From contig CBDDCX010000008.1 in assembly GCA_965226375.1 (NCBI GenBank), positions 608,001-672,000 of the forward strand: 64,000 nucleotides of DNA, read 5' to 3'. The notes under the pieces are model-generated. The model was not told where the DNA came from, did no database searches, and saw only the letters and a list, made by a program, of their open reading frames with translations. Below, one piece after another: positions 39,757 through 50,073 of the stretch (the first letter of the stretch is position 1; the number at the start of each line of letters is the position of its first letter). The position numbers and the translations under genes were made by a program. Source of the DNA: Longimicrobiales bacterium (GTDB taxonomy: Bacteria > Gemmatimonadota > Gemmatimonadetes > Longimicrobiales > Gaopeijiaceae).

Positions 39757-41328
39757 ATGCCAAAACCCACCAGCCCTCACTCGTCGTCGCCCTCACAAGC
39801 CTTCCTCAGCTCCCTCGAGCTCAGCCGGCGTGAGCTGCTCGCCGGAGCGGGCGCCGGCGCCGCAGCCCTCTTTCTCGAGCAACGCGGCCTCCAGGCCGAG
39901 ACGCCGTCACGTACGGCTTCCACCGTGCAGAGCCCGACCGTCGTGTTCGCCAACACCACGGTCGTGAACGCCGATGCCGTGCAGAAGAACGTGGCGCTCG
40001 CAGTCGAAGGCTCGAACATCTCAGCGATCGGCCCGACCGACACAGTCCTCCAGAGCCATCCCCGAGCCGAGGTTTACGACGGACGGGGAAAAGCGCTACT
40101 TCCGGGCTTGATCAACTGTCACGCCCATATGGGGGCGGTGATCGCGCGCGGATTCAACGAGGACTTCGGATTCCCCAACAGCGCTCGACTGGCGGTCTCA
40201 CCCAACAGCCTCCTCGAAGGGGAGGAGCGCACCCTGATGGTGAGGGTGGCCGCGCTGGAGGCCATCCGGACTGGGACCACCACGATCGTGGAGAACGTCG
40301 GCAACATCCAACGGCACGCGGCGGCGTTGGCCGAGTCGGGTCTTCGCTGCGTGTTCGCGGAGTCGGTTCGGGACGCCTCAAACGTTCGTGGTCCGATGTC
40401 CCCGGAGAGGCTCGTCCTGAGCGAGGAGCCGAGGTTCTCGCCGAGGCTGCGCGACGAGGGCCTTCAGCGCATCAACGATCTGTTCACGACATGGCACGGT
40501 GCCGAGCAGGGGCGGATCAGCGTGTTCCCGGCGGCGGGACTCACCGAGACCTCGTCTCCCGAGCTCCTGCGGGCGGTCCGGGCTTTCGCCGAAGAACACG
40601 ATGTCGGGTATACCATCCATCTGAATCAGAGCCGTGCCGAGTTCGAGTTCATGGTTAGGTACCACGGCATCCGTCCGGCGGAGTATCTCGATCGGCACGA
40701 CTTCTTGGGCCCCCGGCTGTTCGCCGCGCACGCCAGATACGTCAACGAGTCCGAGATCGAGCTGCTCGGTAGGTCCGGCAGTACCATCTCGCACCAGGCC
40801 GCGATGGCGGCGAACCGAGGCGTGAGTCCACCGATTCCGGGTCTGCGAGCGGCGGGCTGCACCATCGCTCTCGGGACCGACAACAACACCAACGACGTGT
40901 TCGAGGTGATGCGCATCGCTCTCGTGACGGAACGGATCAGGCGCAATCGGGACGGGGACGAGGTCCCCGGTCTCCAGCCCCAGCCGGAAGACATGCTCGC
41001 GGACGCGACACAAGGCGGCGCGCGGGCGGTGCAGCAGCAGGAGCTCCTCGGCACGCTCGAGGTCGGCAAGAAAGCAGACCTTTTCGTCCTGGATCCCCAG
41101 CGTGCTCACCTCGTGCCGGCGGGCCGTATCCTGTCCGCGGTGGTTCACAGCGGTCACCCCGGCGACATCGAGTCGGTCATGATCGATGGGCGGTTCGTCA
41201 TGCGCGACCGCACGGTCCTCACGATGGACGAGGAGAGCATCATCAGAGAGGCGGACGCGGTAGGGCGGCGGGTCTGGGACCAGGTGTTGGAGGCCAGCCC
41301 GATTACGGTGCCGCGGTTAAGGCGGTAG
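39757..41328 (+). CDS. Amidohydrolase (Atz/Trz/MTA-SAH deaminase-like) with Tat signal
   Basis: SRRELL twin-arginine motif plus hydrophobic stretch. PGLINCHAH, IHLNQ, AAHA, LGTD and GKKAD motifs. Confidence 0.85.
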   Translation: MPKPTSPHSSSPSQAFLSSLELSRRELLAGAGAGAAALFLEQRGLQAETPSRTASTVQSPTVVFANTTVVNADAVQKNVALAVEGSNISAIGPTDTVLQSHPRAEVYDGRGKALLPGLINCHAHMGAVIARGFNEDFGFPNSARLAVSPNSLLEGEERTLMVRVAALEAIRTGTTTIVENVGNIQRHAAALAESGLRCVFAESVRDASNVRGPMSPERLVLSEEPRFSPRLRDEGLQRINDLFTTWHGAEQGRISVFPAAGLTETSSPELLRAVRAFAEEHDVGYTIHLNQSRAEFEFMVRYHGIRPAEYLDRHDFLGPRLFAAHARYVNESEIELLGRSGSTISHQAAMAANRGVSPPIPGLRAAGCTIALGTDNNTNDVFEVMRIALVTERIRRNRDGDEVPGLQPQPEDMLADATQGGARAVQQQELLGTLEVGKKADLFVLDPQRAHLVPAGRILSAVVHSGHPGDIESVMIDGRFVMRDRTVLTMDEESIIREADAVGRRVWDQVLEASPITVPRLRR

Positions 41329-43017
41329 CGCTGAGCCACGAGGAGAGTCTGGAGAGGGCCAGTTCGATGGCGTAGTGGCCTTTGGGGGCGGACCCCACCT
41401 CGGCACCTCCGTATCCCCGTAGAACGCTGGAGCGTCCGGGCTCGCCCGCGTCTTCCGGAACGGAGCGTCAGGCTGTATTTCGGGACGGCTAAGCGAGTTC
41501 GCGAGGTTCCGAACGAGGTAGACGGACATCGCGGACATGGCTACCGGGGCTTCCCAGCTCGCGTCCGGAAGGAAGTTGTCGCGCTGCTGGTGGTTCACGT
41601 TGTCTAGGTAGTACTGCCAGGCCTGCCGGTTCGTCTCCCGGTTCCCATCGACCGTGAAGCCGGGCATGAGGTAAACGCCGGGCACACCGGCGAGAAGGAA
41701 CGAGTACTGGTCGGAGCGGAACAGGAGCGCCTGGGCCGCCGCGAAGGGCGGGATCCGATAGCGCTCGTACGACGTGCCATACTCCTCACCGGCCTGCTCG
41801 AGGAACGGCCCGAGCGTCGAGTATTCTTCACCGAAGGCGAGAAAATCGTCCGAGGCTTGCCCGTCCAGCCCTCCGTCATGGTTGATGGCGGCCACGGTCT
41901 TCTCCATCGGGAAGACGGGGTTCCGCACGTAGTACCACGAGCCCAATAGCCCCCCCTCCTCAGCTCCCATGGCGAGGAAGAGCACCGAGCGGGCCATGTC
42001 GAGTCCGACCATCGCCTCCGCGGCCGCGAGGACCTTCGCCACGCCGACGGCGTTGTCGTGCGTGCCGTTGTAGATGCTGTCGCCTTGCGCGTCCGGGGCA
42101 CCGATGCCGACGTGGTCGAGGTGAGCGGTGAAGACGACGACTTCGTCGCGCAGCTCGGGATCCGTCCCCCGGATGAGCCCTCCCACGTTCCAACTCCTGG
42201 AGGAGCGAAGCTCATGGGCGGGCTCGATGGTTACGGGACCGAGGTCGACCGCCTCGGCGCCCGCCGCAGGGCCGGGTGACAGCCGGTCGAGCAAGGCACG
42301 GGACGCATCGGGTCCGAGGGTCGCCGCCGCCCGGAACCTGGTCGTCGTGCCGTCCGCCAGCACTCGGAGCGGGCGCCGTGGACGCAGCCGGCGTTCCCAC
42401 GTCTCTTCGCTGGGTCGCGGATCTACGACTACCACGGCCTGTGCTCCCAGGCGATACGCGAGCTCGACCTCGGTCCGGGCCCGGATCACCACGTCGAGGT
42501 CCTGCTCTCGTCCTTCGGGGATGCCGGCCAGGACGAACGCGATGCTCCCATCCAGGTCCACGTCCTCAGGCAGCTCGCCGTCCACCAGTCCACGGCCCAC
42601 GTAGACTCCTCGGCCCGAGATCGAGGGTCTTTCACCGATCCAGTCCGGGGTGAACGAGGCCTCCGGGTAGGCGATCTCCAGGTCATCGATGCGGAGGTTA
42701 CTTCCTTGATCCCGCACGATTTCCAGCAGGTCGAAGGGTTGCATGTACGAGCCGTCGAAGGCCGGCTCGACGCCGATTCTCGCGTACTGCTCCGCCACGT
42801 AGTCGCGGGCCATCTCATAACCCACGTCGTCGGTATCTCGGCCCCGCAGACGGTCATCCGACAGGAACTCGATATGGGACCGGATCAACTCCGGCTGGAT
42901 GACCTCGATGGCCTGCGCGATGTCCGTGGAGGGTGCCTCTTCGCCGCACGCGTAAAGGACCCCAATCACGGCCAGGGCTGCCAGTGCCGAAGCGGACAAC
43001 GCTGAAGTGCTCCTCAT
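41317..43017 (-). CDS. M28-family metallopeptidase, lipoprotein
   Basis: Lipobox LYAC. TAHLDH, NGTHDNA, AEEGGLLGS and RSDQ motifs. PA-like insert. Confidence 0.88.
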   Translation of the reverse strand: MRSTSALSASALAALAVIGVLYACGEEAPSTDIAQAIEVIQPELIRSHIEFLSDDRLRGRDTDDVGYEMARDYVAEQYARIGVEPAFDGSYMQPFDLLEIVRDQGSNLRIDDLEIAYPEASFTPDWIGERPSISGRGVYVGRGLVDGELPEDVDLDGSIAFVLAGIPEGREQDLDVVIRARTEVELAYRLGAQAVVVVDPRPSEETWERRLRPRRPLRVLADGTTTRFRAAATLGPDASRALLDRLSPGPAAGAEAVDLGPVTIEPAHELRSSRSWNVGGLIRGTDPELRDEVVVFTAHLDHVGIGAPDAQGDSIYNGTHDNAVGVAKVLAAAEAMVGLDMARSVLFLAMGAEEGGLLGSWYYVRNPVFPMEKTVAAINHDGGLDGQASDDFLAFGEEYSTLGPFLEQAGEEYGTSYERYRIPPFAAAQALLFRSDQYSFLLAGVPGVYLMPGFTVDGNRETNRQAWQYYLDNVNHQQRDNFLPDASWEAPVAMSAMSVYLVRNLANSLSRPEIQPDAPFRKTRASPDAPAFYGDTEVPRWGPPPKATTPSNWPSPDSPRGSALPP

Positions 43018-43213
43018 CTGCTGAACCTCCTCCGATCAACGAAAGGTCTCCATCCAGACTCAAAAGGTGGCCGGAACCGGGACTCGGCAACCTCGAACCC
43101 CGACCCTTTAGTGCGAGTTCGACTTGGAGCGCGGCCGGCTCCCCCCTTCTCAGGTACCTACAGTGAGCGGTATCGAGCTCCGCGCCCGGCCGTGGGGGGC
43201 GGTGGGCGGCCTG

Positions 43214-44965
43214 TTACGCGCCAATCGCAGCCGTGCCGGTGGGCGCCTGTGCCTTCGGCGACTGGACCTTGGGCGCCCATAGATCAAGGGCCATTCGCAT
43301 GACCACATACAGGACCGCCATCAGGCTCACCAGAATGACGGCAAGGGAGGCGCTCTGCGAAGTGAGGCCCTCACCCCAGAGAAAGTAGGTGCGCTGGGAA
43401 AGCGTTGAAGTCTCCGGCGTTCCCGTCCCCAGAAAGAGCGGCGTGAGCAAGTCCCGCATGCTCGCCATCCAAAGAAGCAGAAACGTCGCCACGGCCACGG
43501 GGCGGATCACGGGAACCGTGATGCGGCGGAGCATGGCGAACGTCCCGGCGCCGCAGGTCCGGGCGGCTTCCTCGAGCTCAGGCCGAATCTGGCCGAGGCC
43601 GTCTCTCAAGTGTTGGACGCCTAGGGGTAGGAACCTCGAGATCTGGCAAATGATGATGATCCAGATCGTCCCGTAGAGGACCAACGGAGGCCGAAGCCAA
43701 GCCCACGCCACGCCCACCACAAAAGCCACGCCCGGTACGGCGATGGGGAACGTCGCAATAAACGAGAGCAGGTTCTTGAGCGGGCCGCGACCCCGAAGGT
43801 CGAGGTAGGCCACAAGCAGAGCGATCACGCCGGTCGCCGCGGACATGATGAGCGCCACCTCGAGAGTGTTCCAGAAGATCTCGTGAAAGACCGGGCTCCT
43901 GAAGTGGTCCAGATAGTGTCGAAGCGTGAGGTTCGAAAAGGCAAAGCTCCGGTAGACGTTCGCCGACAGAGACAGCATGACGAGCGTCACGTATGGGATG
44001 ACGAGCGCGAAGGCGAGCACAGTCAGATTAAAGGCCGCCAGGGGATACTTCATCCAACCCACCTCGATCTGAACCGCCCGGTGTCCCTTGCCGGCGATGA
44101 CCTGGAAGCGGGCTCCGTGGTGCCGACGTGCCACGCGCAGCCCCAGCCACACGGCGAGCCCGGCGGTAACCGCGAAGAACACGGCGATCGCCGCCGACAG
44201 GCCGAGATCCGGAGGCGGCGTGTTGAGGAGCCGGTACAGATAGGTAGCGAACACGTAGATATTGCCCGGCGTCCCCAGAATCGCCGGGATGGAAAAACTC
44301 TCCCACAGGATCACGATCGAGAAGACGACGGCGGTGACCATCGCGGGCGTGACCAGCGGCAGCGTTACCCGCCGCAGCATCTTCCAAGGGGAAGCTCCTG
44401 CGGTGAGCGCGGCTTCCTCATAAGTACTGTCGACGTTCTCCAGGGCGGCGCTCAGGGTGAGATAGAGGTACGGATAGAGAAAGAGCGCGGCGACGAATAC
44501 CATGCTGGACATTGAAAAGGCATTGAACGGCTTTACGCCGAATAGCGCATCCGTCCACCGGTTGAACGTTCCGGCCTGCGGCGACAGCAGCCACGCATAC
44601 GCCATGGCGGTGATCCAGGGTGGATTCACGAAGGCGATGATGCTCGCAGACCGAACCAGGCCGGCGAACGGAGTGCGCAACCGGGTCGTGCTCAGAGCCG
44701 AGATGGCCGCCATCGCCATGCCGAGCACGAGGGCGCCACCGCTGAACACCATGGAATTCTTCATGGCGTCGAGAGGACCCAGTCCCCGGAACACCGAGCG
44801 GTAGTTCTCGAGGGTGAAGCCCGCCTCTCCCCCGAAGCTCCCGACCGCCAGCCACAACATTGGGTAGACCGTCACGATGCTCACGGCCAACAGTCCGAGC
44901 AACACAGCCGGCGTCAGAGGATCTGCCCGCCATAGCCGTTTCAGCGCAGTGATCGCTTTCGACAC
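43214..44965 (-). CDS. ABC transporter permease (FbpB/ThiP-like, fused double domain)
   Basis: About 12 TM segments. Two EAA loops (YEEAALTAGA, LEEAARTCGA). Confidence 0.9.
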   Translation of the reverse strand: MSKAITALKRLWRADPLTPAVLLGLLAVSIVTVYPMLWLAVGSFGGEAGFTLENYRSVFRGLGPLDAMKNSMVFSGGALVLGMAMAAISALSTTRLRTPFAGLVRSASIIAFVNPPWITAMAYAWLLSPQAGTFNRWTDALFGVKPFNAFSMSSMVFVAALFLYPYLYLTLSAALENVDSTYEEAALTAGASPWKMLRRVTLPLVTPAMVTAVVFSIVILWESFSIPAILGTPGNIYVFATYLYRLLNTPPPDLGLSAAIAVFFAVTAGLAVWLGLRVARRHHGARFQVIAGKGHRAVQIEVGWMKYPLAAFNLTVLAFALVIPYVTLVMLSLSANVYRSFAFSNLTLRHYLDHFRSPVFHEIFWNTLEVALIMSAATGVIALLVAYLDLRGRGPLKNLLSFIATFPIAVPGVAFVVGVAWAWLRPPLVLYGTIWIIIICQISRFLPLGVQHLRDGLGQIRPELEEAARTCGAGTFAMLRRITVPVIRPVAVATFLLLWMASMRDLLTPLFLGTGTPETSTLSQRTYFLWGEGLTSQSASLAVILVSLMAVLYVVMRMALDLWAPKVQSPKAQAPTGTAAIGA

Positions 44966-44971
44966 CTATGG

Positions 44972-46081
44972 TTACTCGACCGGGTCGCGAGGCAAGAGCA
45001 TCAGGTCCTCGGGCGTCAGCCTCACCTCGACCTCCTCACCCGCGCGCCAGTCGTGTTCGTCGGAGTCCCTGGCTTGCAGCATCAAGTCTCCGATTTGCAC
45101 CTGACAATCGACTTCGTCTCCAAGGAAAGTGACGCGGACGATCCGACCCGGCAGCGTGTCCGACTCCCCTGTCCCGTCCGGGGCCCGGCGCAGCCCCACC
45201 CGACTGGGCCGCACGGCCACCCAGACCCGCTGTCGCGCGGCGCCTTCCCCCTTCACGATGACCGAACGGCCGGTTCCGGCCAACTCGACCTCGACACTCC
45301 CGGCGGTTGGCACGGCGACGATCTCGCCTGGGAGGCGGTTCGAGACGCCGAGGAAATCGGCGACAAAGGGGTGCTCGGGGTCCGAGAAGATCTCCCGCGG
45401 CGCCCCCTGCCTCAGGATCTGCCCCTCGCGCATGACGATCACGTGATCGGATAACGCCATGGCCTCGGCTTGATCATGGGTCACGTAGATGGCGGTCAGA
45501 CCGAGCCGCTGCTGAACGTCCCGCAGCTCGAAGCGCATCGCCTCGCGCAGCCGGGCATCGAGATTGGCCAGCGGCTCGTCGAGCAGGAGCACGCGCGGGC
45601 GGTAGACCAGCGCGCGCGCGAGGACGACCCGCTGCTGCTGTCCCCCGCTCAGCTCTGAGGGATAGCGGTCCTGGTAGCCATCCATCCCCACGCTGCGGAG
45701 CACCTCGACGACCCTGGCACGACCTTCCGTTCGGTCGTCGGACCTCTTCTGGTTGAACTGGAGCGCCAACGCCACGTTCTCGAAGACGGTGAGGTGAGGC
45801 CAGATCGCGTAGGACTGGAACACCATTCCGACAGCCCGCTTTTCGACGGGCACGGTCTCGCCCGTCGCGCCATCGTGAACCACCTGGTTTCCGATCAGAA
45901 TCCGACCGGCCGACGGCGTTTCGAGCCCGGCGATGCAACGGAGAATGGTCGTCTTGCCACAACCGCTCGGTCCCAGCAGCGTCACGATCTGACCTTCATG
46001 AGCGGTCAAGGAGACGCCGTCGACCGCACGGGCGCCTGATCCGAACTCCTTCGTCAGGCCCTCTACTCTGACCTCGGCCAT
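44972..46081 (-). CDS. ABC transporter ATP-binding protein (FbpC/PotA-like, TOBE domain)
   Basis: GPSGCGKTT, LSGGQQQR and LLLDEP motifs. Confidence 0.93.
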   Translation of the reverse strand: MAEVRVEGLTKEFGSGARAVDGVSLTAHEGQIVTLLGPSGCGKTTILRCIAGLETPSAGRILIGNQVVHDGATGETVPVEKRAVGMVFQSYAIWPHLTVFENVALALQFNQKRSDDRTEGRARVVEVLRSVGMDGYQDRYPSELSGGQQQRVVLARALVYRPRVLLLDEPLANLDARLREAMRFELRDVQQRLGLTAIYVTHDQAEAMALSDHVIVMREGQILRQGAPREIFSDPEHPFVADFLGVSNRLPGEIVAVPTAGSVEVELAGTGRSVIVKGEGAARQRVWVAVRPSRVGLRRAPDGTGESDTLPGRIVRVTFLGDEVDCQVQIGDLMLQARDSDEHDWRAGEEVEVRLTPEDLMLLPRDPVE

Positions 46082-46182
46082 CTAGAGGACGCGGACGGAG
46101 ATCGTGGTGCCTACGAGGCCGGCGGGCCGGAAGAAGAAGACGCCGTGGCCCACGTCAACGATCGACCGGTGGCGGACCCGTC

Positions 46183-47250
46183 TCAGCGGGGGAGAGATCG
46201 CCACAACCGAATGATCCGCTCGCGGTTCTCGTTGAACGTCTCGGCGTCGATGGAGACCGGATCCAGGTCTTCCAGCTTCGGAAACCCCTCCGGGGGCGTA
46301 ACTCCCGAGATCACCGGATACGCTCTCAGCCTCTGTGCGACACCCTCCTGGTGTGACTGCGAAAGCAGGAAGTTCACGAACAGCCGCGCGGCGTTGGGAT
46401 GAGGTGCGAGCTCGGGCACGCTCGCCGAGTACGTATCGACCTTCGTGCCCTTCACCCAGTGGTATGCCAGTGGAGCGCCCGCCTGGATCTGCGCCGCCGG
46501 CGATGTCTGGCTGATGGGTCCCAGAAGCCGCTCGCCCCGAGCGATGAAGTTGGCGGCCTCCACCTCTCGATCGGTCTCGAGGAGGTCGTTCGCCGTGAAG
46601 CTCCTGAGCCAGGCCATGCCGTACATTCGTTCCCAGATAAAGATCAGCCCCACGATGTTCGAGGAGTTCTCGGGGCTCCCCATCGCGATCTTACTCCGGT
46701 ACTTGGGATCTGCGAGGTCCTCGTAGGTGTCTGGCAGCTCGCTCTCGGCGATCAGGTCCCGGTTGTAGACGATGGGGACGACGAGGGCCACCGTGGGGTG
46801 CGCCCCCGGTGTCCGCCCACCGTGGCGCTCGGCATAGCTGGTCTCGTTCGGGACCGTGAACTCGGCCATCCGCTCGTCGGCCGGCACGCTCGCGGCGATG
46901 CTCGATTCGACCTGGAGCACGTCGGCCAGATGCGCCCCCGCCGCCACCTCGGTCAGGTAGGTCTGGAGCGTCGGCGCCGACCCACCCTTCCGGCTGTAGT
47001 TCACGCGGATCCCGGTCGCCTCCTCGAAGCGGCGGAACAGGTCCGCGTCGACCGACTCCGGGAACACGCTCCGCACGTGGACCTCGCCCTCGGCCTTCGC
47101 CGCATCGACGATCGCCTGCCACGAATCGTCGCCGGTAGCGATTTCCTGCATGAGTGCCGCTTCGTCGGCGCCCCCGGTCGTCCTCTCCCCTGCTCCACAG
47201 CCGATCGCCGCGAGGGGGATCAAGACGAGCAGGCCGAGTCTCACGCTCAT
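46183..47250 (-). CDS. ABC substrate-binding lipoprotein (cluster D, FbpA/PotD-like)
   Basis: Lipobox AIGC. AAKAEGEV, YNRDL and APHPNAARLFVNFLLS motifs. Confidence 0.88.
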   Translation of the reverse strand: MSVRLGLLVLIPLAAIGCGAGERTTGGADEAALMQEIATGDDSWQAIVDAAKAEGEVHVRSVFPESVDADLFRRFEEATGIRVNYSRKGGSAPTLQTYLTEVAAGAHLADVLQVESSIAASVPADERMAEFTVPNETSYAERHGGRTPGAHPTVALVVPIVYNRDLIAESELPDTYEDLADPKYRSKIAMGSPENSSNIVGLIFIWERMYGMAWLRSFTANDLLETDREVEAANFIARGERLLGPISQTSPAAQIQAGAPLAYHWVKGTKVDTYSASVPELAPHPNAARLFVNFLLSQSHQEGVAQRLRAYPVISGVTPPEGFPKLEDLDPVSIDAETFNENRERIIRLWRSLPR

Positions 47251-47264
47251 GAGCACTCCGTGTC

Positions 47265-48155
47265 TCAGCCGTCGAGGCCGAGCAGGCGTGCCGCGTTCTC
47301 GCCCAGACAGCGACGGCGAATCTCCTCGCTGTCGAAGTCGAGCGCCGTGAACTGCTCGACACTTTGCTTTAGCGGACGCACCGGGTAGCTGCTACCGAAG
47401 AGCAACCGGTAGCTCAGGAAGTAGTTCGCCGAGCGTACGTATTCCTCCGCGCCCGGCGTGTTGGGAATGTGGCCGTAGAAGTCCGGAATCAGGTGGACGT
47501 TGGGGTTCTGGAACGCGACACCGCACATCTGCGTCGTCCACGGCCAGCCCGCATGGGGCACCACAATCTTGAGTTCATTGAAGCGACGGGCGACCCTCTG
47601 GATGTGAACCGGATGGCAGTACATCATGTCCGGCCCCACGAAGATGCTGCTGGTGATGGAGACGATCAGCCCATCGCTCATGCACTTCTCGTAGATGGGA
47701 AAGAGCGTCTCGTCGTCGTCGTAGAGCGGGGGATCACACCACCCATTGTCGAGGGCTACCCCCTTGAACCCCATCGCACGGCAGCGATCGATCTCCTGCA
47801 GGGCCTCCTCGGTCTTGGTGCCATTGATCCCCCCGAAGGCAACGAACCTTCCGGGATCCGCCTCGACCAGCTCGGCCAGCTCTTCGTTGGGAATCCATCC
47901 GTAGGGATCGGGCGACTGCCGCCCCATCACCACACCGACGTCGATCTTGGCCTCGTCCATCTCTTCCACAAACGCCTCGATCGACCTCTCCTCGTACGAG
48001 CGATAGCTCGGCATATCGAGGCGCAGTCCACTCACCGCCACCGGATCCGGGTTGGGCGGCCGCGGACGGTAGAGGTGAAGGTCACAGAAACCCTTGAAGG
48101 GAGGACGAACCCGGAAGTCAACGATCACGGTCGGCAGCCTCTTGTAGGGAATCAC
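47265..48155 (-). CDS. Amidohydrolase_2-family protein (start may be GTG 48128)
   Basis: DFRVRPP, PIYEKC, HAGWP and LLFGSSYP...ENAARLL motifs. Confidence 0.85.
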   Translation of the reverse strand: MIPYKRLPTVIVDFRVRPPFKGFCDLHLYRPRPPNPDPVAVSGLRLDMPSYRSYEERSIEAFVEEMDEAKIDVGVVMGRQSPDPYGWIPNEELAELVEADPGRFVAFGGINGTKTEEALQEIDRCRAMGFKGVALDNGWCDPPLYDDDETLFPIYEKCMSDGLIVSITSSIFVGPDMMYCHPVHIQRVARRFNELKIVVPHAGWPWTTQMCGVAFQNPNVHLIPDFYGHIPNTPGAEEYVRSANYFLSYRLLFGSSYPVRPLKQSVEQFTALDFDSEEIRRRCLGENAARLLGLDG

Positions 48156-48361
48156 CGAGCTGAGTCGTGCGTTTTCGAGAGCGCACCGGGCTCGGCTGGT
48201 CTGTCGTTAAAGCGAGGAGCTATTGTATTCGTGAATCGCCGATCGTCACCCGCCGATCGGTCGGCTACATGTTAGCAGGCGGTCGGAACGTCCAACAGGG
48301 AATGACGCAGAGCAAGGAGCGTCCTGCTCCGGAGCACCGACCCTTCACCCGGTGGAGAACC

Positions 48362-49156
48362 ATGCCCGTCATCGACTTTCGCGCTCGCCCCAACACCGAA
48401 CAGTACATGAGCATGTATCCCGATGCGGGTCCCTGGGCGCGCTTCTTCCACTGTTCCAGGCCTCAGCCCGTCTCCTTGGCCGCGTTTATCCAAGCCCTGG
48501 ACGGGGTCGGACTCTCTCGGGCCGTCTTCACCGGGCGGCAGACGCCGGTCAACACCCTCAGCAATGACTACGTGCACGAGTGTGTGCAGGCCTACCCCGA
48601 CCGACTATTCGGATTTGCCGGTATCGACCCCACCAAGGGTGAGGCGGCGGTGCGGGAGATCGAGCGCACCGTCACCGAACTCGGCATGAAAGGGATCTCC
48701 ATCGATCCCCATTCCTCCAAGCGCACGCCCGACGACGACATCTGGCATCCGCTCTACGACAAGTGCACGGAGCTGGGAGTGCCCGTCATCGTCACCATGG
48801 GCCCCATCGTCGGGAAGTGGGCGCCGCCGATCAGCATCGACAACGTTGCCGAGCAGTTTCCGAAGCTGACGATCGTCTGCTCGCATGGAGTGTGGCCACA
48901 GGTGACCGAACTGATCGCGCTCGCCTACAAGTACGACAACGTTTATCTGGAAGCGTCGATCTACGAATTCCTTCCCGGCGCTGAGCCGATCTTTGAGGCT
49001 GCCAACACCATCCTGCAGGACAAGGTCATCTACGCCAGCGGGTTTCCATTCCGGCCCCTCGCCGACTTGCAGCGTTTCCTTGAGTATCCGTTTGCCCCGG
49101 AGGTCGTGGAGAAATTGGTGTACGGCAATGCCGCGCGGGTGTTGAAAATCGAGTAG
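48362..49156 (+). CDS. Amidohydrolase_2-family protein
   Basis: GGAG RBS. DFRARP, YPDRL, PLYDKC, SHG and YASGFP...GNAARVL motifs. Confidence 0.85.
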   Translation: MPVIDFRARPNTEQYMSMYPDAGPWARFFHCSRPQPVSLAAFIQALDGVGLSRAVFTGRQTPVNTLSNDYVHECVQAYPDRLFGFAGIDPTKGEAAVREIERTVTELGMKGISIDPHSSKRTPDDDIWHPLYDKCTELGVPVIVTMGPIVGKWAPPISIDNVAEQFPKLTIVCSHGVWPQVTELIALAYKYDNVYLEASIYEFLPGAEPIFEAANTILQDKVIYASGFPFRPLADLQRFLEYPFAPEVVEKLVYGNAARVLKIE

Positions 49157-49255
49157 GGTGGGGATTAGGGCCGGTCAGCAAAGCCCCGCGCCGATCCCCA
49201 ACGCGTGTGGCGCGGTGCTCAGTCGACCGCCGTTCATGTGTCGGTTGGGCCCTTT

Positions 49256-50023
49256 TCAACGAACGTAGCTCGCTCCGTTCACATCGAGAGTCGCGCCAGT
49301 GAGGTGGCGGCACCTCCCGGATGCGAGGAAGACCAAGAGCTCAGCCAGTTCGCTGGGCGGTACCCACTCGCCCATCGCGAGACCGGCGGTTACAGCCGGT
49401 TCTCCACCCATCCGTGCCGCCGACTGCTCCGACATCTCGGTGCGAACCACGCCGGGCGAGATGACATAAGCCAGGACGTTGTCGCGAGCGAAGTTACGGG
49501 CGACGGTCTGGGTGGCTGCGCGTATCGCCGCCTTGGAGGCTGCGTAGGCCATCAGATCCGCCACCGAGCTCCCGCGCTGACCTACCCAGCTACCCATCGT
49601 CACGATGATGCCGCCCCCCATTTCGCGGAAATGGCGCACGGCGTTTCGCAGCAGCCGCGCGGGGGCAAGGACGTTGACTTGCATGGACTCGGACCAGACT
49701 CGGTCCCAGTCTTCGTCACTCGCGTCGATCCCACCCTCGAAAAGCAGCGTGGCCGCGTTGTTCACGAGCACGTCGATCCGGCCGCGCCATGCCATGGCCT
49801 CCGACCAGAGCGCGTCCGCGGCCTCGGCCTGCGAGAAGTCCGATCGAACGAGGAGCTTGCGGTCGCTGGGGAGGTCGGCCGTTGCCTGCTCCGCCCCCTC
49901 CTCGTTCCCGTGATATTGGGCGATCAGGTAGCAGCCCTCGCGAGCCAGCGCACGAGCGCATGCGGCGCCGATCCCGGTGGAAGCGCCGGTCAGGAGTATG
50001 GTCTTGTCGCGCAGATCATCCAT
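49256..50023 (-). CDS. Short-chain dehydrogenase/reductase
   Basis: TGASTGIG, NNAA and YAASK motifs. Confidence 0.9.
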   Translation of the reverse strand: MDDLRDKTILLTGASTGIGAACARALAREGCYLIAQYHGNEEGAEQATADLPSDRKLLVRSDFSQAEAADALWSEAMAWRGRIDVLVNNAATLLFEGGIDASDEDWDRVWSESMQVNVLAPARLLRNAVRHFREMGGGIIVTMGSWVGQRGSSVADLMAYAASKAAIRAATQTVARNFARDNVLAYVISPGVVRTEMSEQSAARMGGEPAVTAGLAMGEWVPPSELAELLVFLASGRCRHLTGATLDVNGASYVR

Positions 50024-50073
50024 GATCGCACCTCCGCGGCCCTCCGGCCGAGCCGACTCCTGCCGGGGCTTGC

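Noticed and set aside
46082..46182. Short minus-strand reading frame (..VGHGVFFFRPAGLVGTTISVRVL*) ending right at the ABC ATPase start
   Set aside because: Too short, with no clear RBS and no recognisable family. It could be chance or a remnant.
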